From Fistulifera solaris (taxonomy: Eukaryota), in NCBI GenBank assembly GCA_030295235.1, contig AP026138.1, positions 682,001 to 746,000 of the forward strand: a stretch of DNA of 64,000 nucleotides, written 5' to 3'. The notes beneath the pieces were generated by a model. It was not told the DNA's origin, ran no database searches, and worked only from the letters and a program-made list of their open reading frames with translations. The position numbers and the translations under genes were made by a program. This document shows, in pieces, positions 23,635-37,800 of this stretch (its first letter is position 1; each line of letters opens with the position of its first letter).

Positions 23635-24171
23635 TCATCGCCTTTCAACGACGGGTGTGTCGTATTCACTTTCCATCGTGTAACTATCCCCTTGACTTTC
23701 CACATCGGACTGGCGAAAAATCTCGTTAAACGCGTCGGGCTGTTTGACTCCAAGAAAGCGAATTCCGAAAATAAGGGATAAAGTCGCCACGGCACACAAA
23801 AATCCCCAAGCCGCCATGGCAAATAAATGCAGCGAGATCAACACATCAATCACATATCGACCTCGGAATGTAAACAACACTTCTCCCAACTTCGATCTCT
23901 CCAAACGTTCGGTGATAACTGTGGGCGTCTCTGTGGCTACACAAAGCATGGTCAAGCACGCCACTGCTGTCAGTGTTCCATCCAGAAAATGCAAGTAGGA
24001 GAAGGGGGCATGAGACGCAAAGTGCAGAGCGACTACCGTATTTGCCTGAAAGAAGAAAAAAAACATTAGATAACAGCAGACAGTGTGACACGAAGCTTTT
24101 GAGATTACGTGAATGCGTTGCCGAGACGGTACCTCGGACGACACTTCTTCGCCCTTGTCATTTCTTGACAT
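23635..24171 (-). CDS. Small multi-pass membrane protein (possibly COPI-associated/TVP15-like); intron 24046-24132
   Basis: Hydrophobic segments and LFTFRGR motif. An 87-nt GT..AG segment with a polypyrimidine tract is in frame. Confidence 0.6.
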   Translation of the reverse strand: MSRNDKGEEVSSEVPSRQRIHVISKASCHTVCCYLMFFFFFQANTVVALHFASHAPFSYLHFLDGTLTAVACLTMLCVATETPTVITERLERSKLGEVLFTFRGRYVIDVLISLHLFAMAAWGFLCAVATLSLIFGIRFLGVKQPDAFNEIFRQSDVESQGDSYTMESEYDTPVVERR

Positions 24172-24769
24172 TGACGACCTCTTACCAAGTAGACAATCAC
24201 CGAAAGGGTGCGGAACGATCTTGTTAAGCGGTGCTTGGACGACATTGTCCAGTTATAACTTGATTGCAAATACACTACAAACTCCAAGTTAATAATACCG
24301 CACGGTAATGTTTTGACAATGAATTATTTGATCATAGACGAAGCTGTGAACGCACAAGGAGGACGACAAAAAGCAAAAGCTTTTTCCTTTTTCGAACGAG
24401 ATGAGCGCGTGGAGCGTGGTCAAATAAGCTACACTCTAAGTTATTGTCAATATCGTGTTAGGGAAGAAGGCTTGTTTTAGTAGGCAAGTGCCATAGTCAT
24501 TTCGCCAACGGATCTGATTTGTATCGCCATACGGTATCCGTTGATTATTCGCAAAACATGCTGTAGGACAATCTATCCATGTTGTATAATGAGATGATTT
24601 ATCGTGACTTCAATTTAGTCACGGATCATTCATTCTTCCGATGAGCCAAACGGGTACCGTACCTTGACGGTGACGGCTACGAGTACCTACGCTCTAAGTT
24701 GCAGTTTTGCGCATTTGTTAGGCCATCTTGTTGTGTTTTAAATTAAGCACGAAGAACTAACAGCTAACT

Positions 24770-27558
24770 TTACTTTGGACTCTGACGTGAAGATCTTACA
24801 GAGGAAGACACAGAAGATGTATCTAGTGCTCCGCCTTTCACATCCGCTTCTGAATTGATGAGCCCTTGCTTACGCAAAAACTCTATTTGTTTAGCACGTT
24901 GTAGCTTTGACCTTTCTTGTAATGTCTACAGTACATGGAAAACGCAAAAGTGAGGTTGGAACATTTCATTGTGCAAGGCAAGACTTGCATCTTGACTTAC
25001 CAACGGCGAGCCTTCTGTCTTCTTTTCTTCTTCGCCAACACGATCGTCCTCGGTGTAGTCCGTTACTCGGGTTGAGTGACAGGAAGATGATTCGTCGCTC
25101 TCATAGTCAGACATTGGACCCAGAACTGCTTCTTCCATGCGACGCCATAGTCCTGAGGCCGAATTACCGGAAGAGGCAGGTTTCTTCTTTCCCCGTGGAG
25201 GTGAAGTCGATTGCTTGTCAACTTGAGCCTTCGTCTTCTCATCCAATCGGGCTTTCACTGGAGTTGTTTTACGATCTGCCTCTATTCGTGATTGTTGCGC
25301 AATAGATAGTTTTGTTTCAGGAGAATCCGACCTGTACTCCTTCAATGATCCGCCGCTTTTGGGGATACCGTTGTCCCTTTTTTGGCGAGGGAGGAGAAGA
25401 AAAAACAGGCGGCAGGCTCATGGCGCTCTTGTTTATTGTGTCTAAGTAAGGTTGATCTTGTTGTTGGTGAGTCTGAAACACCTCATCTTCGTCTCGCTCT
25501 CCTCCGGAGCCGTTTTGAGTATCGTCGAGGTTATTCACGCCGATAATGAACGATGGTGGTCCAGGACGATTTCTAGGCGACTGCTTTTGAACATGGTGAG
25601 GGCTAGGTCTTTGCTCATTTCTCATTCTGAACTCTCTTGTCATTGTCTCGAAATGGCGCTGTGTTCTATCTTCGGTCAACTCTGACATATGACTCTTGTT
25701 ATCGTAATCGTCAAGAAAGCCGCGACGGGATCGACTACGATTGCTGGTCCTGCCCTGAAAACTTGTTCTTCGTTCGCTAGGTGTAGTGTTATTCAAACTC
25801 TGTCTCCGGGCATGGCTTTCATTGAATTCCATCTCTCTCTCATCATCCTCTTCATCGTCTAGGTCGTCCTCGTCTTCTTCTTCGACGTTTGGTCCGTCAT
25901 TGTGAATAACCACAACGTTTCGTCCAGGACCCATAACCGACCCCCCCTCCATACACGGATCCTCCGGTTGACATTAGACCGGAATGGGAGATCATTTCCA
26001 TCATATTCTGCTGCACTTTCACTTGCGACTCCATCTTTTCTACGTATCTTTCAAGCAAAACATTCTTTTGTTCGTACTCCTTCGATACTAGAACCTGTTG
26101 TTGTTTCTCATGTTGCATGGCAGCCAGCTCTTTCTTTGTTGCCTCCAGTTGATTGCGCAAATCAATAACCTCCTTTTTCAAGATCTTCTTATGCTGAGTT
26201 AGTTCCTTCACTTGATTTCGTTGTTGGCTTCCGTTCATTGTCATCTCGAGCTGAGTTGAGCTCAATGCCTTTTGAATATCTTGTAGTTCTTTCTGAGATT
26301 CACTTAGCTGTGTTTGAAGTCTGACTGTCTGGACTTTCCACGATTCAGACTCTGCTTGATATTGTTCCTGCAATGCTTTTAGTTGTGATTCCAGTTCCAG
26401 AACTTTAGCTTGATCCGATTGTCCCGTACTCCTCAAATCGTTTTGCAGCTGAATTTTCGCACGATACTCTTTTGAGCACGCTTGCTCAAGCTGTTGACAG
26501 TGTTCAATCAAAACTTGAACCAACGCCGTCACACCCCAATCTTGCGCTCGGAGCTGTTCCATACGATGTCTCAATTCGGAGCGTGTGTTTACCGTTGGAT
26601 TATCGATGCCTTCATCCTCGTCCAGCGAAAGCGTTGAAAACAAAGCTTCTTCCGACAACCTCCAGCAAGATCTGCGTAAGTCTTCTTGCTGACTCCGGAG
26701 CCTGTAGAGCTCTTGCTGTGCTTCTTCTTTCAAAACACCACTTTCGTCTAATTCTTGATGTAACATTTGCAGCTGCTGCGCAAATCCGTCACACACTTGC
26801 TTATAGGCATCGCATTCGTCCAGCAATGCAGCATGACGATTGTGCAAGAAGGCTTGTGTCCATTCCTGGCTGGCCTCCTCCTCACACGCGCAAAAATAAA
26901 ACGTCCGGAGGTCCGGATTCAGTGTGTCGTCGCCGGCCAATTGCAAGACATTACTGTTAAACGAACTTCGATTGACCGTTGTGTAACACTCCAAGTCAAT
27001 GATTCCAGTTGGTTGCTGCAGAGTCGACGTAGGAGGATTTTGTGGATCATCCATGGATAAGCCTTCCATAGCGACGGCGTTTTCGTGATGGTGATCGGGC
27101 GGCGCATCACTGCCTGAAGGAAAGAACGAAGCAGGAAAATGGCTTCGGCGCTCATGCTTGGGTAGCTTTCCATTATAACCTTGCGACACTGCTCTATTCC
27201 ATTCTTCCTGTTGTTGTGCTGTTGGGGGAGGTAATATGGAACCAGGACCATTCTCTAGAGAGCCATTGTTGGCCGAGGGATGGGCATCGAAATAATAGAG
27301 AAACATGTGCGGCACAACACAACACCAACGAGCTTGCCAGACATGTTGCTCGTTCCTCTTGTACAACCATCCACTCTTTGTTGCGAGTAAATTTAGGACT
27401 TCGGGCGAACGAGGCGGGGCTGATTTAATTGTGCAAACTGTATTCAAGTTGCTCGAATCCCCGTGGGCGAACCATAAATTCGTTCGAGACAAAACGGCGC
27501 GTTTGGCGTCTTCTCCGGCTTGAGAGAGCTGGGCAGTCAACCCTTGCTTCGCCGCCAT
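24770..27558 (-). CDS. PH-domain plus coiled-coil protein with a disordered C-terminal tail; frameshifts near 25945, 25380 and 24900; intron ~24926-25000
   Basis: PH motif KSGWLYKRNEQHVWQARWCCVVPHMFLYYF...PTGIIDL...FYFCA..EWTQAF; long heptad region; final frame RAKQIEFLRKQGLI...SPK* (stop 24770-24772). Confidence 0.8.
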
Positions 27559-28102
27559 TGCTGTCTTTTATTTGAATGCGCTGATTATAAAGTAGCACAA
27601 CAAAGGATATTTGCAAAAGGTCAGAAGAAAGGAAGGCGTCTTTTGCTATTGAATGCAAATGGTGCGGAACGATTGTACTGTCTCTTCTAGTGTCATCCTA
27701 CTTACACTGTTTTCTGTCTTCTTTTCGGAGGTCAGCTCTAAATAAATAGTCGCCCCGGCGATCGGACAATAAGACTTCGGACTAGCAACGGAAATATGAG
27801 TGAATATACATAGCCCAATAGAACCTTACGGTTAGGTAACGTTAAATGTGCCTACTACTACTGTAACTTCATCTTCAACCTTAACCAACTAAATAGCTCT
27901 CTCTAGTAGGTAGAAAGATTGCGACACTTTGAACACGTTAGTCTCGAAATAGGTCTTCACATTTGATAGCCGATGCTGGAGGCAGTTCTCACTAGTAAAT
28001 ACACACAAACTTAACACGCTGAAATGTATTGTCAATCAATATCAAGAATATGCGATTCCGATCCGAGCCATGTGCTAGTTCGTCTCCATCGCCTGGCGCC
28101 TT

Positions 28103-29150
<1,048 letters not shown>

Positions 29151-29844
29151 ATTTTGTCCTTAATTGCTGGTTAAATAGGGTAGACTGGCGGAGTGAATGA
29201 ATTGCAAGCGAGGAATCACATTCAAAAGTCACAGAACAAACGCTTTTTTACACTCTTATTTTCTTGGAAGGGGGAAGTTTTGGCATGGATGGACGACGCA
29301 GAGACGCCAGACGCAGGGACCGGACGGACGCCGAGATTACAGGCGACCGACAGTCAACCGTTTATGTTTCCATAGAGCAAATTTCCAGGAGTGGTTTGAC
29401 GCATCTATAGTTGTTATTAACTACTGGTGCAGTATCAACAGCCATAACATCGATAAGAGCCGTAGTATGATTAAGTACCAACTTCACATGCATGGGTAGC
29501 AGTTCATTGCACTTTCAACTTAATCAGGTCAATACCTACCGGGACTGATAGTCATTCGAGTCGTAGACGACTCCCTTTCGCTCGATAGCGTAACGACAAT
29601 TCGGAGTAATAACTTACTTTGAGGTTATATTTTAAGTCCTATCCATGTTGTAGGTGCCTACACATTAAAGTAAACTGCTGATAATAGTAATATCAAAGAA
29701 AACAAACAAAGAAAAGCGAAGTTTTTCATTCGTAAGCCGGCCGCTTCGTGCCTTCGTTATCTGGAATGAATTACACCATGCATCCTCTTCAACTGAGTTC
29801 AAATCCAATGGTACATGAAGGCAATATGAGCATACATATTCCAT

Positions 29845-31431
29845 CTAGCTGTCGGTGAAGAACGAGTCATGCTTTCGTCGAGAGATCATCTTGCGTCTAC
29901 GATGTCGCCCAAGAAAAGAAGTATTCGAAGTCTTTTGAGTGTCACTCCGGAAACTAGCATTATCGGTTTCGATTTCGTGAAAATCATCCAAATCAATCTC
30001 GATTTTGGCTCCGTGTACATTGAGACAGGGTCGGAAGTAAGCATTCTTGTTCCATACAATATCGTCCTTCCCATAAGACTGCAGCGCTTGAAAGGTACCC
30101 GACATCACAGGATCGATTCCCTCCACGACGCACAAAATTTCGGCCATTTCGTCCTCGAAGAATTTCTGTAACGTTTCAATGTCGGTAATGGCCACAACAG
30201 GTTTCGCTTCCAGCTCGGACTCGGGGATGCTTAAATGAGAACCTTCTACCGGAAATTTTGACTCCCTATCCAAAAGTTTGTTATATCGCACGTGACTTAC
30301 TAGCCTTTCATGCGTGCCGTAACCCTCACCGCAAACAGGGCAAATATTTTCTTCTCTTGACCCTACAACGGAATCCACTTGTCTCAGCTATTCGCATAGC
30401 GTATTTATGAATGAAGTGAGGTAAGATCTTTGTCGTTAATGTATAGTACAAGACATGATGAGCCACTTACCACAAGTCCGGATGGAGCCACCGGGAACTC
30501 TACATTGCTTGTAGGATGCAACATGCTGTAAGTATCAATGTGATGCGTCACAACGGTAGGCATACTCATGTAAAGCAAGGCTCCCAATTCATCATTTGGT
30601 TGCAAGAGTCGTAGAGGACGAGGCACCGGTCGATGCTTGGTCCAGGCATAGAGTCGAACGTGGGCCTCAACGACTGGATGCGTCGGATCCAGATCGTAAA
30701 TACGAATCTGTAAACGCACTTGGTCACCTTCAGTACTGACGATGGCTTTGTTGCTAAATAGGACCTGGATGCCTCGAGCGCTCGACTTGGCCAAGCTAGT
30801 ATAAAAGAATGCGAAAAGGAACGCATTAAACATCATCGACCACACCATTTGAACATACATTGTAATCTGTAGACCTGGGCATTTCTCGAAAAAGGCGTTG
30901 CTACCATAGGGCAATGTATAGCCTTCACAGAATATCCGCAAAGCTTCCATGAGTTTTCTCAACTCGTTTGTATAACAGAGCGCCAGCCAAAGAGGACTTA
31001 CCGACAGTAGTGCAAGTTTGAAGGGAGAAAGCAAAGGCTGCGCGAAAGGTAATGGGATTCCCTCCATTTCCCATTCCACAGGTTTCATAAGGAGACATTT
31101 TGTCGAGGCGAATGTAAACGGCGCCAAAGACTACGATCATTAATGTCCAAATGACCAACATAATGAATACGACAAAGAAGGCCGGTCGATTCAAAAAGAC
31201 ATGAAACCAGTCGTGTCGCAATAGCCACCATTGTGCTCTTGTCAGCCTTTGTTTCACATGAAATCGATTGTTTGACTGGAAGGCGGGGAGATCGCGGCGG
31301 ACCAACCGAGGAATTTCAGGGATGGGTCGCAACTGCCGTGCGGGCAAGCTGGAGACCGTCTTGTGCAGGTGAACGGGCCTTTCCGGAACAACTCCCGTTT
31401 CCTCGTCGAACTCTTGAGTTTTTGCTGGCAT
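29845..31431 (-). CDS. Inward-rectifier-type potassium channel; introns 30923-31001 and 30388-30470
   Basis: DWFHVFL, TM1, AAFAFSLQTCTTVG|YT pore loop, TM2, VLFSNKAIV, VVEAHVRLY, PTVVTHHID, EILCVVEGID...QALQSY...DIVW, IDLDDFHEIE. Confidence 0.88.
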
Positions 31432-31848
31432 GTCAAAGAGATAATTGGTGGAAATAAAGGAAATGAAGGGAAGTAAGATAAGTTTTATTTGAAGGCGATT
31501 CCCTCCTCGAGTTAAGATTGTTGTCTTTCCAGGTGCTGTTCGAGATGATCAGAAAGAGGTTTTCGCTTCTTGTACTGAAAAAAGCAGTCAAATTTTACTA
31601 TTTTTCATAATGTAAGCATTGGTACGATCGTGCGTATATGTACTCTTGGTTTTGGAAAACGGAAAGCGAACAATGAATCTAGCATCGAGCATCATCTCAA
31701 TCATCAACAAGCATCGCTAAACAATCAGCCATCACCATAGCAGTTCGTCCTATATTCATGGTGTGACCTCTTCAACATAGCTAGACAGTCGCTATAGGCC
31801 AGGGTCTAGACACACAATTAACAACACAGTTCCAATAGAGCAAGCGAC

Positions 31849-34800
31849 TTAAGTAGAGCTCTTTCGAAACATACCGCCGAGAAAACCGCCAACGCCACGT
31901 TCCTTGACATCCGATGTCACCTCACGACCAATATCCCGACCCATACCCGCAATCTGTTTGCCGATGCCTAGACCACCTTGCATAGCACTTTTGAAACGCT
32001 GTGCTGGTTTTGCCAACACGTTTCCAACCGTCTGCGACAGGCCTCCCTGTCGGTGCCGTAGGCTCCATTCAGATATTCCCGGCAGAGCATGAAGGCGCAA
32101 CGCGCCATTGGAGCAAGCCGCCGCGGCCACTACCGGACGATTCGTGCTGGGTCCGAGATCAATATCCCAAGCAGCAGGAATCGAATCTCGTGAGTTCAGA
32201 TCGTCGAATTCTGTCACGTGCCACTCATCAATGACGTCCAAAGGGTTGCAAGCCGAAACACGGTGGAATGTAACACCGCGACCACTGCAAACCATAATAG
32301 CGGTACCATCCGGTGTGCATTCGATTTTGTGAGGTAATCCACGCCATGGTTCTAAAGGTTTTGATCCCAAATATAGACCCTCGACAGTAAACAGTGACAA
32401 TGACGCCACCGTTCGCTCACTTCCTCCAGCGGCAATCGTGCTTTGACAGACGCAGACAACAAACCCCAGTACGGAAATAGCAAGACCCCTTGAGTCAGCA
32501 AAAGTGGAGGTGATGCTCAAGTTTGGGTCGTGCAAGTCGAGGGCATTCGCTGGTGGGCCAAAAGATCGAATCAAAGACCCATTCGTCAATGAATGAAGAC
32601 AGCACTTGGACTGAGATATCGATGCTGATAGTTGTACGGAGGGAGATAATGTGACAGCGAACACTTTTGAACCTCCGTGACCGCGAAGGTGTAACCGTGG
32701 GCGAAGAGGAAGAAAATGGCTGGACATAAATCGCCATACCGTTGCATTTCCATCCTCACTCCCAACAACTGCGAGCTCTCCGCCCACTCCACCGTGACCG
32801 GCGGCAGTACCAATTGGTTCTGTTGCAATACATGTGATCCTAGCAGAATGTACTTGAGGTATCAGCACCTCGCCCTTGACACTTCCTTTTGCGGGGTCAA
32901 CTAATTGCAAACCAAGACCACCGATACCGTCGGCGTCAGATAACACAAGCATGATCGTACGGCCCGCAAAGAGAGTCTTAGTGATTGCAACTGCCACAAT
33001 TCTATCTGGGATTTGACAGGAGTTCATCAACCGGGGTACTTTCCGGAATCGCGGCAATTCTCGTTGCGCCACAAAGCAGCCTTGGTCAAAGAAATTCTCA
33101 TCCTCGTCCGGTAGCACATCCGGATCGGTCTCTACAGCACGCCACGTCCATCGGAAAATATGGAAAATACCTTTGTCATCTACAGCGAGGCATCGATCAT
33201 TTCCGGCAAAACGTACAGCCACGAGAGGAGCATGTGGGCCAGGAGGTGGCGCATCTAGGTGCACCCAGTGTGATAGCGGGGCAGAATCAAACGGAAGATA
33301 ACGAAGCTCTCCGCACGGCAAAATATTAAAAGTATCCAGTTGGTTTCCCTGATAGGTCCGCCAGTGCGAACTCAAAAGTTGGTAAAAGGAAGCTGCCCAG
33401 CTTTTCTTTTCAATCGTCTTACATGAGGACGGTTTCTGAAGAGCTGCATCGGACACTGTCCAAAATGGGCAATCTGTAACTCGGTCGCATGTCTTAGTGA
33501 TTCATCTTTTATACTGGCAACATCAACTGCTCCTGTATCATAGCAGAGATTTGTTAGCAAACCCATCACATAGAATTGATCCAAACTATCATTTAAACGT
33601 ACCGTAATATGTCAAATAAAAATACACGTTATTCGCCTTCACGGATTCCGGTCCTTGTTGTTTGTATCCGAAAATCAAATCGATCCAATCGGGTAACATC
33701 TCGGAACATATTTCGCTTTCCAGAGCAGCTCTCATAATCTCAACAAACTTCTCAGGACTACCTTTCGCCCATGGGGGCAACGATACATCTCCGAGCAGCT
33801 CTCCGTCTTGCGAGCTTCCGAGAACAAATTTGTTGCAGTTTCGCAAAAATGAAGGGGCACAATAGAACTCCGGGATCAGTTCCTTTACTTCGGCGGCCGA
33901 TGAGCCTGTGCACATGCTCCAAGTTCTTGGAACAGAGCTAAAGAGTCGGTCCGCGACATCAAAATAACCGCCTTGAAGTTGCCTGTGTAACCCAGCAAAT
34001 GGGTGCAATCTCACAAGGAAATGCAAAACCACACCGGCACTCGTCGAGTAATGACTGCCATACATAAACGGAGGTATCGAAGGATCAGCAAATGTATTGA
34101 AACGTTCGACAAAATCGTTTAGGCGATCCGGATTTAATGCACCGACCGGCTTCGACAAGTCTCTAAAACTGCTTCGATCATTCAAATTAGGCATTTGTTC
34201 CGAAGTGTAGTCTGAAAGAACCCATGGAAAAACAGGATATTGACATACGTCATTGTATGAGCGACCTGATAGCAAATTCAAGTGAAGAAGATAATCGAAG
34301 TTCGTTATACGTCCTTCTGCCCATGCCACTGTAAGACGCTGGAGCTGCTCATGTAGAAACTGATCTGCTCGATCGGGCCATTGCTTCATAGCTTGAGGGG
34401 GAGCTCTTCTCATGATGGCAAAAGCAGCATCGTCGCGCTTTATGTTTCCTTCATGGCCGGGACCGAAATCTAGAAAAAGCGACGAAGTAGAGGAGAATAT
34501 TCCAAACCCACCAAATGTAGCACCTCCTGATGGTATGAAGAATAGTTCGATAGATGAATCTCGTAATCGGTATCTACGAAGATAGATATGAGATATTTCA
34601 GAGAGATTGTATCGGATCGATTTCGGTCTTAATGAAGCAATTTCACGTTGCCGTCGAGATGCTCGCTTTTGATACTTTGCTTCGCTCCCATCGTCTCGAA
34701 GACCTCCTCCATCTTCAATAATCCGAATGCGTTCAGCTTCTTCTTCTGCCGCAAGAATTTCTCCCTCAAAGTATCCGTCTCCTTCGTATTCTAAAATCAG

Positions 34801-37800
34801 ATGCGACCCAGTAAGCAAGACTGTGCATGGGCGACTGCCTTCCGCTTTCACATGCAAGCAAGAGTCGAGGTGCTTCTCTATTAGCCCCGCGGCGGCTGAC
34901 TGCATTAAGCCTATACTCGAAGAAGAATTATCAGGTGGAGTCGAAAAGGAACTCGATGCTACGCTATGCTGTCCCTTCACAGCAAAACTTCCAAGAAATT
35001 CTGACTGGTTGTCATCGTCAAGACGAGCGTCGTCTGCATTATCCATGGCATCGTCTTGCCCATTCCCAGTCTCGCTACTTTGCGCATATTGTGGGTCGTT
35101 CTGGATGGACAAATCACCGGTAACTTCTTCGGTAAAGTGATCTTCCTCAAGAAGACCATCCTTGACCTTTGATAAAGAAATTTCTTCATGTTCCAAATCA
35201 TCTGCGACTTCTTTTTTCGTTATGTCAACAATAGCGAGAGCCCCGTTTTCAAGTAAGGTTTTGGTGAACGCATCTGTATCGAGTGGGACAATCGAACCAC
35301 GACGCTCTTGCTCGTCATCATCACACATCACCTTATCGGGTTTAGAAGTATCAAAATTGCTCCCATGGTCAAGATAGCCCGGTATGTAGGGCCGAAATTG
35401 AGGAAATGAAGGAATGGGGGCAAGGCGAGAGCGAATGTCACGATTGCCATCCGATATTCCATGCTCCCATTCAAAACCGATATCGTCTTGTAAACAAGAA
35501 GCAGCAAACTCAGCCCAGCAGAATCTTTCGGCGAACGATAGACGACTGTGCCGATATGAAGGCATAAACTTATTCGTGATTTCCTTAAGCCGTGCCTTCT
35601 CACTAGCAGCGAATTCAAAAAAAATACTCATTGTGTCAGCTGCTGATCCAGGCCCGGAATCCTTGCTTGAAGCTGACATCTTGTTTTGACTTTGGCCGGA
35701 TCCCTCAAGCCCAAATGTGCCGAACAAGCTGATAAGCTCGGACTCTTGCTGATCAATATGAAGTGCTGCGTCCCATTTATCCAAAAAAGGCGATAGGTGA
35801 GAAAGAGCAGCATCTTTCTCTTGTGCAACCGTGTCATTTTCAGAATCGTGTTTTATTTTCTCCAAGGCAAGCCCGAGTCCCTCATAATCCGGAAAGCCAA
35901 GCTTTGAGGTGCCTCGCCTATCCATCGAGACTGGCTCATGAAAAGAACGAAATCGTCGCTGACCTTTGATATCTGATTCGTCGCTTCTGGTTGACATTCC
36001 ATATTTGCCACCAAGCCTAGTCCGTCTCCTCCAAACATAATTCTTTCAAGTGCCTGAGATTCATTTGTGGTTTTCTCGGTCTGCTGATCACCCTCGTAAG
36101 CATCAAAAGAGCCGTCTCACGTAGTCTTCTTTCACTTTCATATCGAACTCTCAGTTCTTCAGCAACCTGGCTCATTAGACTCATACAAAGCTCGGATCCT
36201 GGGATGTCCCCTGCGGCCGCTCTTTCTTGAAAAGTGTGCCGAAGTACTGCCATCGTCCCCAAGGCTGTGTCTCGAGCGCTTGCAAACGTCAAACCAACTA
36301 TCGCTGCAGTTAGTGTTTTCTCTAATTCGCGAAGAACTTTTATGAGTAGCAACTCTTCATTATCTTCTGAAGCACCATCTTGGTTTGGCATCGTCACTTT
36401 TGTCTTGCTTGACAAGCCGGGCAACGCTGAAAGTAGAGCTCTATAACATGGTAGTAATACAGGAAGTAGTAGCTTCGAAGTCGCGGTGACATCACCTTTG
36501 TCGGAATATTTGTGGCTTACTGGCATAACAGGTAGCGAGAGTTGGCACCAACCTGTTGACTCTCGACCATAAGACAGTATTTCCAAAACCACGCAAAGAA
36601 GTAGTACCTGATCATTGCCATACTTCAATGCAGGGAAGCATCCCAACAAGCGCTTTTCTTCTATTAGTGAACAAGTTTTCGCAACAGCAGAACTCATTTC
36701 AAAACTCCATAAGTCCCAAGGATTTTCCCTTTTCAAAGCTTTTCGTAGAGTAAAAGCAACGAGTCGACAGAGTACCCCTTTGGCGGCAAACGCGTCCGGC
36801 AGAACATGATGATCAGGTTGTGTTTCCGGAGCAAGCTGTGGATCAGTATCATCTTCAACAAGTGTAGATAATTCAAGCGCACCTAAAACACTTTGCCATA
36901 AAACGAGAGCAGTTCCCGCACCCCCGAGCGCCATAGCATTCGACATAAGCCCGGCAGCGGTCTGCATGATACTTCTTTGGAAGCTCAAAAATAGATTTAA
37001 TAAAGCGGACGGATTGTCTTCGACGTTGGATGGTATTTCCGCGACCAAATCAATTCCAGATAAATCACTGACATGTGACACATCTACCCACGAGTCGGAA
37101 TCACTTCGTGTCCTGGACGTAAACGTACCGCTGTCGTTCAGAAATGAGACCGGGCGCAATATTTGAATCACATCGCACTCTCGCTGCATGTCACGTTTTT
37201 TTATTTGTTTCTCGAATAACATAGCGATCGTAAGTAGGTAAGGAATAAAAGACTTTGCAGTTCGAATCGACGACGAAGCTTGCTTCCGCAAATATGAACT
37301 TTGAGCGTGCCTGTTCACAGACATCGTCGAATGGACATCAGCGCCATAAACGCGATGAAACGCTCCGCCAACAGATGTCAAGAGATGCGCAAGGACTTCG
37401 AGAGCAGCTTTGGAGATTTCTACTTGTTCGCCTTCAGAAGAAAGTAATGAGGCTATCATGCTAGGAAGAAGCGGCATCATGATGTTTAATCTTTCTGACA
37501 AAAGATCGGTGTAGCTCCATTCGTTCTGAAAAGTGCTGCCGATCAGCATGGACATTCCTGGTGGGGGCATGAATAACGATGTCAGCACAACATGATTCGC
37601 TTCTTTTAATGCACCTTGCAGGGAACCGGCCAGGGATGACGCAAACATTAGCTGCCCGCAAGATGACGCTGCTGCTTGACCTTCTGGTCCAGCAACTGAC
37701 ACTACCCAAGAGAATAATAGCAATACCTGTCTCCAGTGATCTTCCCAGTTCAAGCGGGCTACATAGTCTCCATTTCGCGCTACTGATTGTTCGCTCTGTC

